A stretch of DNA of 64,000 nucleotides from Methanomassiliicoccales archaeon (GCA_029907465.1 JARYLV010000005.1:22231-86230), one strand, 5' to 3'; positions 19,786-30,071 are shown, counted from the first letter of the stretch. A program made the numbers and translations. The notes: generated by a model from the letters alone, not told the origin.

Positions 19786-20910
19786 CTAATGTGCCTTTCC
19801 CGTCACATCAATCTGAATTAACCAGTCAGTGAACGCGAACGTCCAATTACTGAATGAGGTACTAGATGTCGGTGAAGCGTTCGCCGGCAAGCCCCCCGCA
19901 TACATCGATCCAGTTGTGTCTATAACGAGCCAGTGCCCTAGATCATCAGAGAGGACATGCATAGTGACGTTCGTCCCATAGAAAGTGCGTAATGATTGCT
20001 GGATACGGGGAAGTTGATATCCATCAGATGCGATAAAAACACTCGCAAATGCATGTCCTTCGATGATGTTGATGCGTGCATTACCGCCTAAGGCTGTGAT
20101 GATCGATGCAAGGAGAATCGCTTGATCCTCGCAATCACCACTCCCCCTTTGCAAGGTCTCGTAGGCACTCTGCCAGTAATCACCAGTTTCATCTGATTTG
20201 TAAGTGATATGCGATCTAACCCAATCAAAAGCTTCTGCGATCTGAAGAGTAGAATAGTTCCCAGGATAAGACGCACGAATTTCTTCGACAACGTCTCCAA
20301 CAGAAGAAACGTTGACAAGTGAGTTCACTTTATTATAATAATTCTTGACGTTTTTCTGCACCGAGTAATTCCGTGGTTCTTCAAGGGGTTTTATTTCTGC
20401 GAACCTGTCACCGCTGTCAACGGTGCCGTAGTCGTGCCATTTATTGAAGGATGAGTCTGAGACACATAACTTCAACATGATAGTATACATCTTATATTGT
20501 GGATCAGGAGGTGCGCGGAAAGCGAGGACGCCGAGCGGCTTTGTTTCTCCTGGATAAACATATATACTCGAGGATCTGAAATATTCTACAGTATAGTTGA
20601 TCCATTTAAGTCCATAACCGTAAATGAAGAGTGCTGTATTGCCCTTGTTTTCTATTTCCAGGGATAATACACCACCGTAGCTGGCATATACGCTACTCAT
20701 TGCCCATCTGAGAGTATATGAATAAGTCGGTTTCGATGCGGAAAGCGGCGACGGAAGAGAGATTGGCAGATTCGAAATAAAAAGGATTTTAGGTGCCCTG
20801 AGGTCGTCATGCGTAAAGCCTTCCTCGGATGATTCGAATAAACAGCCAGAGAAAAAGGAAGATGAGAGGAGTATCAGAACCACAAGGAATACCACGGGCC
20901 TTCTCATCAT
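19786..20910 (-). CDS. Membrane-anchored transglutaminase-like (cysteine protease fold) protein
   Basis: RGSGDCEDQAILLASIITALG is a transglutaminase-core Cys motif, followed by later His/Asp (EGHAFASV, WLVIDTT). It has an N-terminal TM/signal (VVFLVVLILLSSSFFSGC). The probable start is MMRRP at 20910; the track start is 20985. Confidence 0.7.
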   Translation of the reverse strand: MMRRPVVFLVVLILLSSSFFSGCLFESSEEGFTHDDLRAPKILFISNLPISLPSPLSASKPTYSYTLRWAMSSVYASYGGVLSLEIENKGNTALFIYGYGLKWINYTVEYFRSSSIYVYPGETKPLGVLAFRAPPDPQYKMYTIMLKLCVSDSSFNKWHDYGTVDSGDRFAEIKPLEEPRNYSVQKNVKNYYNKVNSLVNVSSVGDVVEEIRASYPGNYSTLQIAEAFDWVRSHITYKSDETGDYWQSAYETLQRGSGDCEDQAILLASIITALGGNARINIIEGHAFASVFIASDGYQLPRIQQSLRTFYGTNVTMHVLSDDLGHWLVIDTTGSMYAGGLPANASPTSSTSFSNWTFAFTDWLIQIDVTGKAH

Positions 20911-21073
20911 ACCACCAACGATGAACGAGCGATAAAAATTCTTCCCGGAGAAGTAGAAAACTGTATTATGCAATTGTGGAAGCATTGTTCTATTTTCCGA
21001 AATTTCGCGACGCGCTCAAAAAAACGAGATATAGGAAATATTTAATTCGAATTGCCCTATTCCGAGGAAGAGC

Positions 21074-21148
21074 GGGGCCGTGGGGTAGCTTGGTCCATCC
21101 TTCGGGCTTTGGGAGCCTGAGACCCCGATTCAAATTCGGGCGGCCCCA
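21074..21148 (+). tRNA. tRNA-Pro (anticodon UGG)
   Basis: Hand-folded cloverleaf. Acceptor GGGGCCG/CGGCCCC. Anticodon stem CGGGC/GCCUG with loop UUUGGGA. T arm CCCGA-TTCAAAT-TCGGG. Discriminator A, no encoded CCA. Confidence 0.9.
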
Positions 21149-21245
21149 TTAATGAATTTTTCCGTTAACCAGTTGAGGTGTATAAGTTTAATTCTATTCG
21201 CCCAGTTCTGAATTGATCTGATCGCTCTGCGCGCTATCATTTCAC

Positions 21246-21253
21246 AAAAAAAA
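21246..21253 (-). terminator. Oligo-T terminator after mscL
   Basis: A T8 run on the minus strand lies 10 nt downstream of the mscL stop. Confidence 0.5.
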
Positions 21254-21262
21254 GGAAAGGGA

Positions 21263-21643
21263 TTACTGGAGTTTCCATTTCGCCGTCATCTTGACGATGA
21301 GGAAAATCACCAACGCCACGATAATGAAAGTGATCAATGCAACCAAGAAGTCCCCGATGCCGAAATATTGGCTGCCAACCTGGACTGTGAAGGTCGAAAG
21401 ATTCTCTAGTCCAGGGAGTGCCAGGCCGATGAGAGGCATTAGGAGATCCTTGACGAGCGCTTGAACTAGAACCCCAAGATAAACGCCCATAATGAAGGCG
21501 ACGGCGAGTCCTATGACCTTATACTTCGAAAGAAAATCGATGAACTCAGCGCGAAAACCCTTGGGCGGAGGAGGTGCTGGCTTAGGTTCCAAAATCTCTC
21601 TGATTCGTCGTAATTCTTCCAGTAACTTATCCTCTCGTTCCAT
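21263..21643 (-). CDS. mscL: Large-conductance mechanosensitive channel
   Basis: FRAEFIDFLSKYKVIGLAVAFIMGVYLGVLVQALVKDLLMPLIG matches the MscL TM1 pattern, and a second TM lies near the C-terminus. It has a roughly 30-aa N-terminal extension. Confidence 0.8.
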   Translation of the reverse strand: MEREDKLLEELRRIREILEPKPAPPPPKGFRAEFIDFLSKYKVIGLAVAFIMGVYLGVLVQALVKDLLMPLIGLALPGLENLSTFTVQVGSQYFGIGDFLVALITFIIVALVIFLIVKMTAKWKLQ

Positions 21644-21982
21644 ATGTTATAACACCTATTTTGCCGTATTAATATATTGCCAAAACCATTGTTAATATGT
21701 CTTTTAATAGCTACAGACTGAATTCCCTGTGCGAGACTGGACGTTAATTGCTTAATTTTTGTGAGTTTTTCTGGAATACTTAATGGTCAATAACTGGCTT
21801 TGACAATAAACTTCTTTCTAGGAGAATTTCATCTTGCAACTGATCTATCACTTGTGAACTACGTCAAACCGCAAGAGATTTCCTGAAAAAGACTATTATC
21901 CATATCGAGAAACAAGGTGAAGAAAAGACTGGGGGAGGTGCCCCAATCAATTTTTTGACAATACCTTGACATTTCTATTCGA

Positions 21983-23179
21983 CTATTGACCGCTCATTAT
22001 TTTTTTACTGAGATCTTCTGCGAGATGTATGATTTTCTCATGGTCTGCTGCAGTCGGAGGCCCGTTGATTTCAATGGCTCCTACAATCTCGATTTTTGTT
22101 GGTTCGAGGATTTCCGCAGCCTGTTTTACCGCTCCTCCACCCCATCCATAGGAGCTGAGAACAGCTGCGTACTTCGCAGGTGGCCTTAGCGCCTTAGCCA
22201 GCATTGCAATATAGAGTGCGATCGGATGCAATCCGCCGAGAACCGTTGGGGCACCAAGTACGATTGCACTGGAATCCACGAGGTCCTCTGCAATGTTCCC
22301 GACATCAGAATTCGCGATGTTGTAAAGTCTCACATCAACACCGTTCGCCTGTAGAGTCTCCACCATTGTATCCACCATAGCAGCAGTTGAGTTCCACATC
22401 GTCGTGTAAATCACGAGCGCTTTCTTTTCAGTTTGCCCAGTTGTCCATTTCCTATAGTATTCAATCATCCTTTGAGGGTGCCGGTGTACGGGGCCGTGAC
22501 TCGGAGCGATCAGATCAATTTCCATCTTTTCGATTCTTTCGATCGCTTTTTGCCCCATTTTCCTGAAAGGCATCATGATTTCGCCGAAGTATCTCTTCGC
22601 TAGAGAGGGTAGCTGTTCAACCTCATCGTCCCAGAAACCAAAAGCTGTGTGCATTCCAAGAAAATCGCAAGGGAATAAAACCTTGTTCTCGATGAGATAA
22701 GTGAACATGGTCTCGGGCCAGTGCAACCAGGGCGCATCGATGAACTTTAAAGTTTTCCCGCCGAGGTCGATCGTATCGCCTTCTCTGACTATCATGATTC
22801 TTTCTGATGGCACACCGTAATAAACCTGAGCGACCTTCGCGCCCTTCTCCGTTGCGACGAGCATTGCCTTCTTTGCATATCGCATGACGTAAGGTATCCC
22901 TCCTGCGTGGTCAGGCTCAGCATGGTTCATAACGACATAACCAATCGAGTCGAAGTCAGCAATACTGTTAATTTTTGCCGCTAGATGATCTTCAAAACCT
23001 GGGTTAACCGTATCGATAAGGGCGTTGTTCTTATCTCCAATAACCAGATAGGCGTTATATGAGGTGCCATAGGGCAAAGGGATAAGGGCATCGAATAGTC
23101 GCCTCCACCAATCTTTGACGCCAACCCAGTACACACCTTTCGAAATTTCCCTTACATCGAGTTTCATTTCAATCACCAC
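21983..23179 (-). CDS. fprA: Flavodiiron protein (FprA type: metallo-beta-lactamase plus flavodoxin domains)
   Basis: VMNHAEPDHAG is the di-iron site, and the C-terminal flavodoxin-like half contains ALVIYTTMWNSTAAM. About 400 aa. Confidence 0.8.
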   Translation of the reverse strand: MVIEMKLDVREISKGVYWVGVKDWWRRLFDALIPLPYGTSYNAYLVIGDKNNALIDTVNPGFEDHLAAKINSIADFDSIGYVVMNHAEPDHAGGIPYVMRYAKKAMLVATEKGAKVAQVYYGVPSERIMIVREGDTIDLGGKTLKFIDAPWLHWPETMFTYLIENKVLFPCDFLGMHTAFGFWDDEVEQLPSLAKRYFGEIMMPFRKMGQKAIERIEKMEIDLIAPSHGPVHRHPQRMIEYYRKWTTGQTEKKALVIYTTMWNSTAAMVDTMVETLQANGVDVRLYNIANSDVGNIAEDLVDSSAIVLGAPTVLGGLHPIALYIAMLAKALRPPAKYAAVLSSYGWGGGAVKQAAEILEPTKIEIVGAIEINGPPTAADHEKIIHLAEDLSKKIMSGQ

Positions 23180-23341
23180 CGAACTTCCAATGATCAGCTT
23201 TGCTAGCCCTTCGCTGATAGAGAATAAGATGCAAGCATCCTCAATATCAATTCATCGCCAAAACAATTCGTAAATCACGGACGCTAAACACAAAGGGCGA
23301 AACTGATTTTAAGGGGAAGGAGGATAGAGCGCGCTTGAACT

Positions 23342-23827
23342 ATGGCTGATAGTTTACTAAAAATCGGAATGGAAGCACCTGATTTCGAGCTACCTTCAAC
23401 TCTTGGTGAGAAAATCAGTCTCAGAGGTATCCTTGGTTCTGGGCCCGTCATCATCGTTTTTTATGTTTCGGATTGGGGGATGATGTGCAATGTGGTGATG
23501 CGGGCGTTCAAGGAAATGTATGAGGAATTTCGCAAATACAATGCGAGAATTCTTGCGATCAGCACAAATAGCATCTTTTCTCACCGGGCCTGGGCTGAAC
23601 ACATGAAGTTTCCATTCCCCCTGTTGAGTGATTTTGATGGAAAAGTTTCAAAAAAGTATGGGGTCCTTTACGGCCAAGAGGGATATCTAAAAGGATATTC
23701 AAATCGGGCCGTTTTTGTCCTGGACTCCAATGGTGTTATTAGATACATCTGGATCGCAGATGATCCCTCCTTTGAACCAAATTACGAGGAGATCCGCGCT
23801 GAAGTGAAAAAGGCTCACGGAAAGTGA
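23342..23827 (+). CDS. Peroxiredoxin/thioredoxin-fold protein (AhpC/TSA-Bcp like)
   Basis: PDFELPS..., VIIVFYVSDWGMMCNVVM (Cys at the peroxidatic position) and ILAISTNSIFSHRAW. It is divergent from fprA. Confidence 0.65.
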   Translation: MADSLLKIGMEAPDFELPSTLGEKISLRGILGSGPVIIVFYVSDWGMMCNVVMRAFKEMYEEFRKYNARILAISTNSIFSHRAWAEHMKFPFPLLSDFDGKVSKKYGVLYGQEGYLKGYSNRAVFVLDSNGVIRYIWIADDPSFEPNYEEIRAEVKKAHGK

Positions 23828-24387
23828 TCACTCTTGAGAAACTCGAGCTGATAAAACTCGTCGAAACTGTACTTTTTAAGAAGAAATAAGTCATGGAAAA
23901 ATGCGATCATTTCTTCTTCGGACAATCGCTCGTGAAGAGGTGGTCCGAATGATGTTGTTTTTTTGTGGAAATCGACGACGCTTAGGCGCCCACCCTTCCT
24001 CAGTACCCTCGAGATTTCCGATGAGAGGCGTTCCTTTTCCTCTATTTCGTGGATCACGTTGATCGCGAGGACATGATCGATTGTTTCCGATTTTATGGGT
24101 AAATCGGGCAGTTCCGCAATCAGGGGGAGGACCCTATCTCCTACATTCCCTGTGACTCTCTTTATTAAAGATTCAAGCATTTCGCGTTCAGCGTCGAGTG
24201 CGATGATGTATGCAGCACGAACTGCGGCTGGAATCGCGACATACCCTACCCCGCTCCCAATATCGAGGCAGACCTCATGATCACGGATCTCCGCCCGCTC
24301 TACAATTTCTTCGGCGGGTTGTATTCTCATTCGACGATCATCAACAAGACTCGCTTTGTTATCAGGACTGAAACGATGTGGCGGCAT
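23815..24387 (-). CDS. Class I SAM-dependent methyltransferase
   Basis: Motif I VCLDIGSGVGYVAI and the post-I segment ALDAE. Confidence 0.7.
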   Translation of the reverse strand: MPPHRFSPDNKASLVDDRRMRIQPAEEIVERAEIRDHEVCLDIGSGVGYVAIPAAVRAAYIIALDAEREMLESLIKRVTGNVGDRVLPLIAELPDLPIKSETIDHVLAINVIHEIEEKERLSSEISRVLRKGGRLSVVDFHKKTTSFGPPLHERLSEEEMIAFFHDLFLLKKYSFDEFYQLEFLKSDHFP

Positions 24388-25060
24388 TTCGACATCTCTC
24401 CAAAACAGCTTTTTTAATAGTCAATCGACTGCGGTCACGATGAATTTCAGTGGCAACATCGAGCAATTTAATAGATGCTCGGTGAAGCGGTGAGTCGATC
24501 ACAAAGGTTTCATATTCCCCCCCTTCACCACTTACATTAACCCGATAGCGGCTATGAAGTGAAAGCAGTGAAGTTAGGATGTCATCGTTAATTTCTTTTC
24601 CCAAGTATGAAGGTCCAAGCCCTTCAGCCGAGACGCTCACGATGATCGATTTAATTCCCGCACCGATTTCTTCTCTCAGCACTGTCAATTCGTTCTTGCG
24701 CCATAGAGGGGAGAAAACGCGTATGCCAAGATCTTCACAAACACTGTTGACCCTATCCCATTGATAATCCGAAGCAATCGCGCCAGTGATGATGCCATCG
24801 ACTTCAAGATCAGAGAGGATCTCTCTCAATGCAAAGAGATCACTTTCCTCCGTCCCATCACTTTCAATCGATATGAGAGTTTTTTCCATTGCTCTGGCAT
24901 GAAGTGGTAATAGATGAAGGTTGGGTGTGTGAAAAAGCCACGAATCGGGATTGGATGGAATGACGCTAACGAGATAATCGACCGTGTGTCCCTGTTGCTC
25001 CATGAGATATATCGCGAAAGTTGAGTCTTTCCCGCCTGAGAAAAGCGATGCTAAATTCAC
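24362..25060 (-). CDS. dph6: Diphthine-ammonia ligase-like PP-loop ATPase (MJ0570 family)
   Basis: The PP-loop LFSGGKDS at the N-terminus and the C-terminal GEGGEYETFV motif. Confidence 0.75.
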   Translation of the reverse strand: MNLASLFSGGKDSTFAIYLMEQQGHTVDYLVSVIPSNPDSWLFHTPNLHLLPLHARAMEKTLISIESDGTEESDLFALREILSDLEVDGIITGAIASDYQWDRVNSVCEDLGIRVFSPLWRKNELTVLREEIGAGIKSIIVSVSAEGLGPSYLGKEINDDILTSLLSLHSRYRVNVSGEGGEYETFVIDSPLHRASIKLLDVATEIHRDRSRLTIKKAVLERCRNAATSFQS

Positions 25061-25174
25061 GGCAGAGTATCAGAGTTAGGGAAATTTCAATATTTTCACG
25101 AGGTGCAATCCCGAGAAATCAACTTTATCTTCCAAAAAAAGGGAGATCGAGAATCTTAATTATGCGCGATTGGA

Positions 25175-25375
25175 ATGTCCGGTCTAATGTATTATTGTCC
25201 TCGTTGTGAAAAAGGGATAAGGAAGGAGAGAATCGATGAGATCGATAAGAAGCTAAAGGAGATGTTCAACCTCGATTCCCTATCAAGGAAGATCTGTCCA
25301 GTCTGTGGATGCTCGTTGATCGAGTTGACTCCAGAAAAGGGTGAGTGTCTTGCGTCTCGACGATCTCACAAGTGA
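25175..25375 (+). CDS. Small zinc-ribbon protein (hypothetical)
   Basis: 66 aa with YYCPRCEKG...CPVCGCSL (a CxxC pair). It overlaps the downstream start by 35 nt. Coding status is uncertain. Confidence 0.35.
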   Translation: MSGLMYYCPRCEKGIRKERIDEIDKKLKEMFNLDSLSRKICPVCGCSLIELTPEKGECLASRRSHK

Positions 25376-26090
25376 GGAGTTTAAGAAAATTATGCAGCTT
25401 GATCCCGTCATATTTGTACCAATTGGTGCAACTGAAGCACACGGTGACCATCTTCCCCTTTCGACCGATTCACTCCAGCCCGAAGCCATCGCAATGCAGC
25501 TTGCTGAAAAGATCGGAGGGCTTGTAGCTCCTCCAATTAGATATGGATGCCACAGTTCAACAAAGAACATGCCAGGAACGATTTCAATCAGATTTGAAAC
25601 ACTGAGAAGCATAGTTTATGAAATCCTGGCTTCCCTAGCGAAAAATGGTGCGCGGAAAATCGTAATTCTGAGTGGACATGCGGGCGCTGTCCATATGGCA
25701 GCGTTGAAGCTTGCATGCCAAGACGCGGTCGAGCAATTCGATTTGAAATTGATGCTCCTGACGGATTACGAAATTGCAAAAGAACTTGGGGAGATAATCA
25801 AATTTGATTCGACTGATGGCCACGGCGGACTCATCGAAACGGCGCGGCTTCTAGCAATCGCCCCAGACCTCGTCAAAAGCCGTCGCCGGAAAGGGAAATT
25901 CCTTGACAAAAAATTCATGATTGTAAAAAATCCAGAAACTTGCTATCCAGATGGCATAGTTGGTGACCCGACGAACGCGACTCGGGAAATCGGCGAACGC
26001 ATAAACAACTATATCATTGAGAGAATTGAACAATTGATCAATGAGAATTTTGGGAGAGAAAATCATGATCAAGAAGGAGATCGCCGCTGA
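25341..26090 (+). CDS. Creatininase-family amidohydrolase (ArfB-like)
   Basis: LTSEEF...VPIGATEAHGDHLPLSTD...LSGHAG...DGHGGLIET is the creatininase metal-ligand pattern. GTG start. Confidence 0.7.
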   Translation: MSVLRLDDLTSEEFKKIMQLDPVIFVPIGATEAHGDHLPLSTDSLQPEAIAMQLAEKIGGLVAPPIRYGCHSSTKNMPGTISIRFETLRSIVYEILASLAKNGARKIVILSGHAGAVHMAALKLACQDAVEQFDLKLMLLTDYEIAKELGEIIKFDSTDGHGGLIETARLLAIAPDLVKSRRRKGKFLDKKFMIVKNPETCYPDGIVGDPTNATREIGERINNYIIERIEQLINENFGRENHDQEGDRR

Positions 26091-26739
26091 GAAAGCAGTC
26101 GAACGAATAAAGGACGGAATGATCGTCGGCCTCGGGACAGGGACAACTGTCTATTATGCTTTACGGAAAATCGGTGAATTGTGCAAGAAAGGATTGAACG
26201 TCATCGGTGTGCCCACCTCGATCGAGACTGAACGGCTCGCAAAGGAATTTGGCATTCCGATCACATCGATCGATGATGTCGAAGTGATCGACCTTACAAT
26301 CGACGGAGCGGACGAAGTTGATCCCGATATGCGGCTCATTAAGGGGTTAGGGGGCGCATTGCTCAGAGAAAAGATCGTGGCGTACGCTTCGCGAGAGGAA
26401 ATCATCATCGTCGACGATTCTAAGGTCGTTAACGTCCTCGGGACACGTTCGCCATTGCCCGTTGAAGTCGTGCCTTTCGGACACAAGATGACGAGGGAAA
26501 GACTTGAAAGACTCGGTTGTACCGCAAAACTCAGGGGGAATAATGCGCCGTTTGTAACGGACAATGGCCTCTACATTTATGACTGCTATTTCGGAAGAAT
26601 CTACGACCCCGAGGAAATAGAAAAACGAATAAATTCGATTCCTGGCGTTGTTGAGAACGGTCTCTTCATCGGTCTTGCCACTGAGATCGTCGTGGGCACC
26701 GACCATGGGGTAACTGTGAAAAAACGCGATCGGGTTTAG
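26065..26739 (+). CDS. rpiA: Ribose-5-phosphate isomerase A
   Basis: VGLGTGTTV, TIDGADEVD and KGLGGALLREK. The internal ATG 26065 is preferred over the track start 26041. Confidence 0.85.
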   Translation: MIKKEIAAEKAVERIKDGMIVGLGTGTTVYYALRKIGELCKKGLNVIGVPTSIETERLAKEFGIPITSIDDVEVIDLTIDGADEVDPDMRLIKGLGGALLREKIVAYASREEIIIVDDSKVVNVLGTRSPLPVEVVPFGHKMTRERLERLGCTAKLRGNNAPFVTDNGLYIYDCYFGRIYDPEEIEKRINSIPGVVENGLFIGLATEIVVGTDHGVTVKKRDRV

Positions 26740-27167
26740 TTTATCTGGCCCTGCTGCTGTGCCACCCTGGCATCTTCAGTTTCAGGGACACCTTCTGAGC
26801 TCAACGACGCGAACTGCTTCAATTGATTGACATTCTGCTCGATCTTCTCGATGCGCTTCCGTTCTTCCTTTTCGATCGTTTCAATAATCTTCTCAAATGG
26901 TATGGCTAGGCGATATGCATGAATCGGACGCCCTTTCCCTTCCTTTTTGATGTCTCTTTTCGTCACCCATTTTCGCCGGCGCAACTCCTGCATCGCGATT
27001 GAGACTTCTGGCTGACGCAATGCCGTCGAAACCTCGATTTCCACCGATGTGGTCTCCGGCTTCTTTCTCAGAAAAGCGAGTGTTTTGGCGACATTTCTCG
27101 GCATTCCCGTGCTCATCAAAAGCTCTACCAGCGCCTCATCCCTCTTGTTGAAGCCCCTTTCAGTCAT
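26736..27167 (-). CDS. Winged-helix (ArsR/TrmB-like) transcriptional regulator with C-terminal coiled coil
   Basis: MPRNVAKTLAFLRKKPETTSVEIEVSTALRQPEVSIAMQELRRRKWV..GRPIHAYRL is a wHTH pattern. Confidence 0.6.
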   Translation of the reverse strand: MTERGFNKRDEALVELLMSTGMPRNVAKTLAFLRKKPETTSVEIEVSTALRQPEVSIAMQELRRRKWVTKRDIKKEGKGRPIHAYRLAIPFEKIIETIEKEERKRIEKIEQNVNQLKQFASLSSEGVPETEDARVAQQQGQIN

Positions 27168-27407
27168 GTCTTTCGATTTTTATTTAATTATTAAGAAGAT
27201 ATATATTCTTTTCTATTTGAAAAATAAATTCAAATCTTCTGGCCATGTGCCAGAATGCCATCGCTAATGATGTAATTGCAAATAGAGAACCATCCTCAGC
27301 TATCAAAAATATGAATTTTGTCCAGACGATCAGGATTCTCAAGAAATCTGATAAGAATTTATATATTAAATGAGTATTAGGGCAACTTGCGCCCAAGGTG
27401 AAAGTTC

Positions 27408-27686
27408 ATGAAAATGCCTAGAATCATTAGGACTTACTGCCCTCACTGCAAGACTCATACAGAACACGAAGTCGAAAGGGTCAAGAAAAAGAAAGCGAGT
27501 GAGCTCAAATGGGGGCAAAGGAGATTCAGGAGGGCAACCGCTGGTTACGGTGGTTTCCCGCGTCCGAAACCAGAAGGCCGTGAAAAGCCCACTAAACGGA
27601 TCGCTCTAAGATATCGATGCAAAGCATGTAAAAAGGCTCATCAAAAACCGTGCTTTAGAGCTAAGAAATTCGAACTAGTGGAGTGA
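27408..27686 (+). CDS. rpl44e: 50S ribosomal protein L44e
   Basis: [14 protein letters not shown]...[11 protein letters not shown] is a zinc-ribbon L44e. It is the first gene of the conserved L44e-S27e-aIF2alpha-Nop10 operon. Confidence 0.95.
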   Translation: MKMPRIIRTYCPHCKTHTEHEVERVKKKKASELKWGQRRFRRATAGYGGFPRPKPEGREKPTKRIALRYRCKACKKAHQKPCFRAKKFELVE

Positions 27687-27871
27687 TTCCGATGGCCGAT
27701 GTCAGGACTGGTAAGTTTATAAAGATCAAATGCCCCGATTGTGGTAACGAGCAGATCGCTTTCAAAAAGCCATCTACACCTGTCGTGTGCCATGTCTGCG
27801 GTTCGACTCTCATCAAACCGACTGGTGGAAAGGGCGAAATTAAGGGCGAGCTGCTCGGGGTGGTCGACTAA
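27683..27871 (+). CDS. rps27e: 30S ribosomal protein S27e
   Basis: [16 protein letters not shown]...[10 protein letters not shown]. Confidence 0.95.
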   Translation: MIPMADVRTGKFIKIKCPDCGNEQIAFKKPSTPVVCHVCGSTLIKPTGGKGEIKGELLGVVD

Positions 27872-28653
27872 TGGTCAGAATAAGCGAATTCCCTGAAGAG
27901 GGCGAGCTCGTTGTATGCACTGTTCAAAACGTTAAGAATTTCGGGGCTTTTGTGACCCTTGACGAATATGACAATAAGGAGGGCTTCATCCACATTAGGG
28001 ACGTTGCCACTGGATGGATAAAATACATTAGGGATTATGTGCGTGAGGGCCAGAAAATCGTTTGTAAGGTTCTCGGTGTTGATCCTTCAAAGGGACATAT
28101 CGATCTCTCATTAAAGTCAGTTAATGAACACCAGCGAAGGGAAAAGATCCAACAATGGAAGAATGAGAAGAAAGCAGAAAAGCTTATGGAGATTGTCGCT
28201 CAACGTCTCAATAAGAGCGTCCAGGAGTGCTACGAAGAGTTCGGCTATAAACTTATCGAAAAGTATGGCACACTCTATGGTGCTTTTGAGCAATGTGCTG
28301 GCAATCCGAATTCGCTGATCGAGAATGATCTAGAGGGGCCATGGACGCAGGTTTTCATCGAAGTGGCAAAAGAGAATGTCATCCCACCATTTGTCCAAAT
28401 CGATGGGCAAATCGAATTAACTTGCGCGCTTCCAGACGGCGTGGAAAGAATAAGGAAGGCACTCATAGAAGGTTTGGAATCTGCAAAGGAAAAGGTCAAA
28501 ATTCAGTATGTCGGCGCGCCGCGGTACCGGATAGTGGTAACAGCTCCAGATTACAAGACCGCTGAAGATGAAATGAAAAGAGTCAGCGATAAGATACTTG
28601 CCACAATTAAACAGATGGGGGGACAGGGTATCTTCTCCCGTGAAACGAAATAA
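27871..28653 (+). CDS. eif2a: Translation initiation factor 2 subunit alpha
   Basis: An S1 domain (PEEGELVVCTVQNVKNFGAFVTLDEY..EGFIHIRDVATGWI) and a roughly 260 aa size. Confidence 0.9.
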   Translation: MVRISEFPEEGELVVCTVQNVKNFGAFVTLDEYDNKEGFIHIRDVATGWIKYIRDYVREGQKIVCKVLGVDPSKGHIDLSLKSVNEHQRREKIQQWKNEKKAEKLMEIVAQRLNKSVQECYEEFGYKLIEKYGTLYGAFEQCAGNPNSLIENDLEGPWTQVFIEVAKENVIPPFVQIDGQIELTCALPDGVERIRKALIEGLESAKEKVKIQYVGAPRYRIVVTAPDYKTAEDEMKRVSDKILATIKQMGGQGIFSRETK

Positions 28654-28705
28654 AAGAGTGGTTACCTGAGAGATTGTATGATATTTAAAAGGGGAAAAGT
28701 TAATA

Positions 28706-28900
28706 ATGAGAACTTCGCTTAGAAAATGCCCAAAGTGCCAGGAATATACGTTGGGGGAAACTTGCCCGAGATGCGGAAGGAGAAGTGTCGTGGCAACTCC
28801 GCCAAAATTTTCCCCTGAGGATAGATATGGAACATATAGAAGAAGATTGAGGAAGGAGAGAGGTGATGATTACGGAGTATATCAAAACGATATTCTATGA
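28706..28900 (+). CDS. nop10: H/ACA RNP protein Nop10
   Basis: LRKCPKCQEYTLGETCPRCG...PPKFSPEDRYGTYRR. Confidence 0.9.
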   Translation: MRTSLRKCPKCQEYTLGETCPRCGRRSVVATPPKFSPEDRYGTYRRRLRKERGDDYGVYQNDIL

Positions 28901-29630
28901 AGATCCAAAATTGGAAAATCCTATACTAGTTGAGGGGTTACCGGGTGTCGGAAACGTTGGCAAACTTGCTGCTGAGCATCTGCTCGAACAAATAGAAGCG
29001 GTCAAATTTGCGGAGATCTATTCGAAGTACTTTCCCCCACAAGTGCTGGTCGACGACGAGGGGCTGATCAAACTTGTGAACAACGAGCTCTATTACTCCA
29101 AAGGTGACGGGAAACGGCCAGATCTAATCATTCTCGTCGGCGATTATCAGGGACTCACACCAGACGGACAATACGAACTTTCAGACCATGTCTTACAAAT
29201 AGCGAAGAAATATGGTGTCAAGATGATCTTTACCCTGGGCGGATATGGTGTAGGGAAGATCGTTGAAAAACCTCGCGTTTTAGGGGCGGCTACCGATAAA
29301 GAGCTCGTTGAGGAAATGAAGAAGCATGGCGTCGTCTTTTCAAAGGGAGAGCCAGGAAGCGGCATCGTTGGAGCGAGCGGCCTTCTGCTTGGCCTCGGCA
29401 AGATCTATGGGATGCGAGCGGTATGTCTTATGGGCGAGACATCTGGCTATTTCGTTGACCCCAAAGGCGCCGAGGTCGTACTAAGAGTTCTCGCCGAGGT
29501 CCTGAGCGTCGATATCGATTTCAGCGCGCTCGAAGACAAAGCTGAACAGATCGATCTCATCACATCAAAGATCCGGGAGATTGAAACACCACCTGAGCCG
29601 AAGAGAGAAGACCTAGGCTATATCGGATGA
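28863..29630 (+). CDS. Proteasome assembly chaperone (PAC2) family protein
   Basis: ENPILVEGLPGVGNVGKLAAEHL... matches the PAC2 pattern, and the gene holds the conserved position after nop10. Confidence 0.75.
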   Translation: MMITEYIKTIFYEDPKLENPILVEGLPGVGNVGKLAAEHLLEQIEAVKFAEIYSKYFPPQVLVDDEGLIKLVNNELYYSKGDGKRPDLIILVGDYQGLTPDGQYELSDHVLQIAKKYGVKMIFTLGGYGVGKIVEKPRVLGAATDKELVEEMKKHGVVFSKGEPGSGIVGASGLLLGLGKIYGMRAVCLMGETSGYFVDPKGAEVVLRVLAEVLSVDIDFSALEDKAEQIDLITSKIREIETPPEPKREDLGYIG

Positions 29631-29831
29631 GGAGTCAGTTTTCTGGAATAAAGAAGCGAGATCGCTTCCAATTTTTTTAATTCTTTCATTTTTGATATTC
29701 TGTGCAAAACTTACATCCTGGTAAAATAAATCATCTACTTCATGCGATCATTCCACTATCAAAAAAAATAAAGGGGGGAGGTAATCGTGACCTCTCATCG
29801 GAGAATGTGCATCCCATCCCATTCTCACAAG

Positions 29832-30071
29832 CTACTTTTTCAGGTATCGTTCCTCGAAGATCTCCATCGATGCGAGCGTCTTTTCTGCTTCCTCCATTTT
29901 TCTAATCTTATCCATGACTAGGTCAAGTCGTGCATAAATGAAATCTCTGATCGCGGCCCTGATTGCCTCAGACCTTGACGGAAAGTCATCGACTTTGACG
30001 AGGAAGTCAAGTGCCCTGATATACCTGCTAGGCAAGCGTATCGTTATTTTTTCTAGCTCTTCCTCGGCCAT
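29832..30071 (-). CDS. Ribbon-helix-helix (CopG-like) DNA-binding protein
   Basis: KITIRLPSRYIRALDFLVKVDDFPSRSEAIRAAIRDFI is an RHH pattern. ATG 30071 is preferred over the track start 30164. Confidence 0.6.
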   Translation of the reverse strand: MAEEELEKITIRLPSRYIRALDFLVKVDDFPSRSEAIRAAIRDFIYARLDLVMDKIRKMEEAEKTLASMEIFEERYLKK

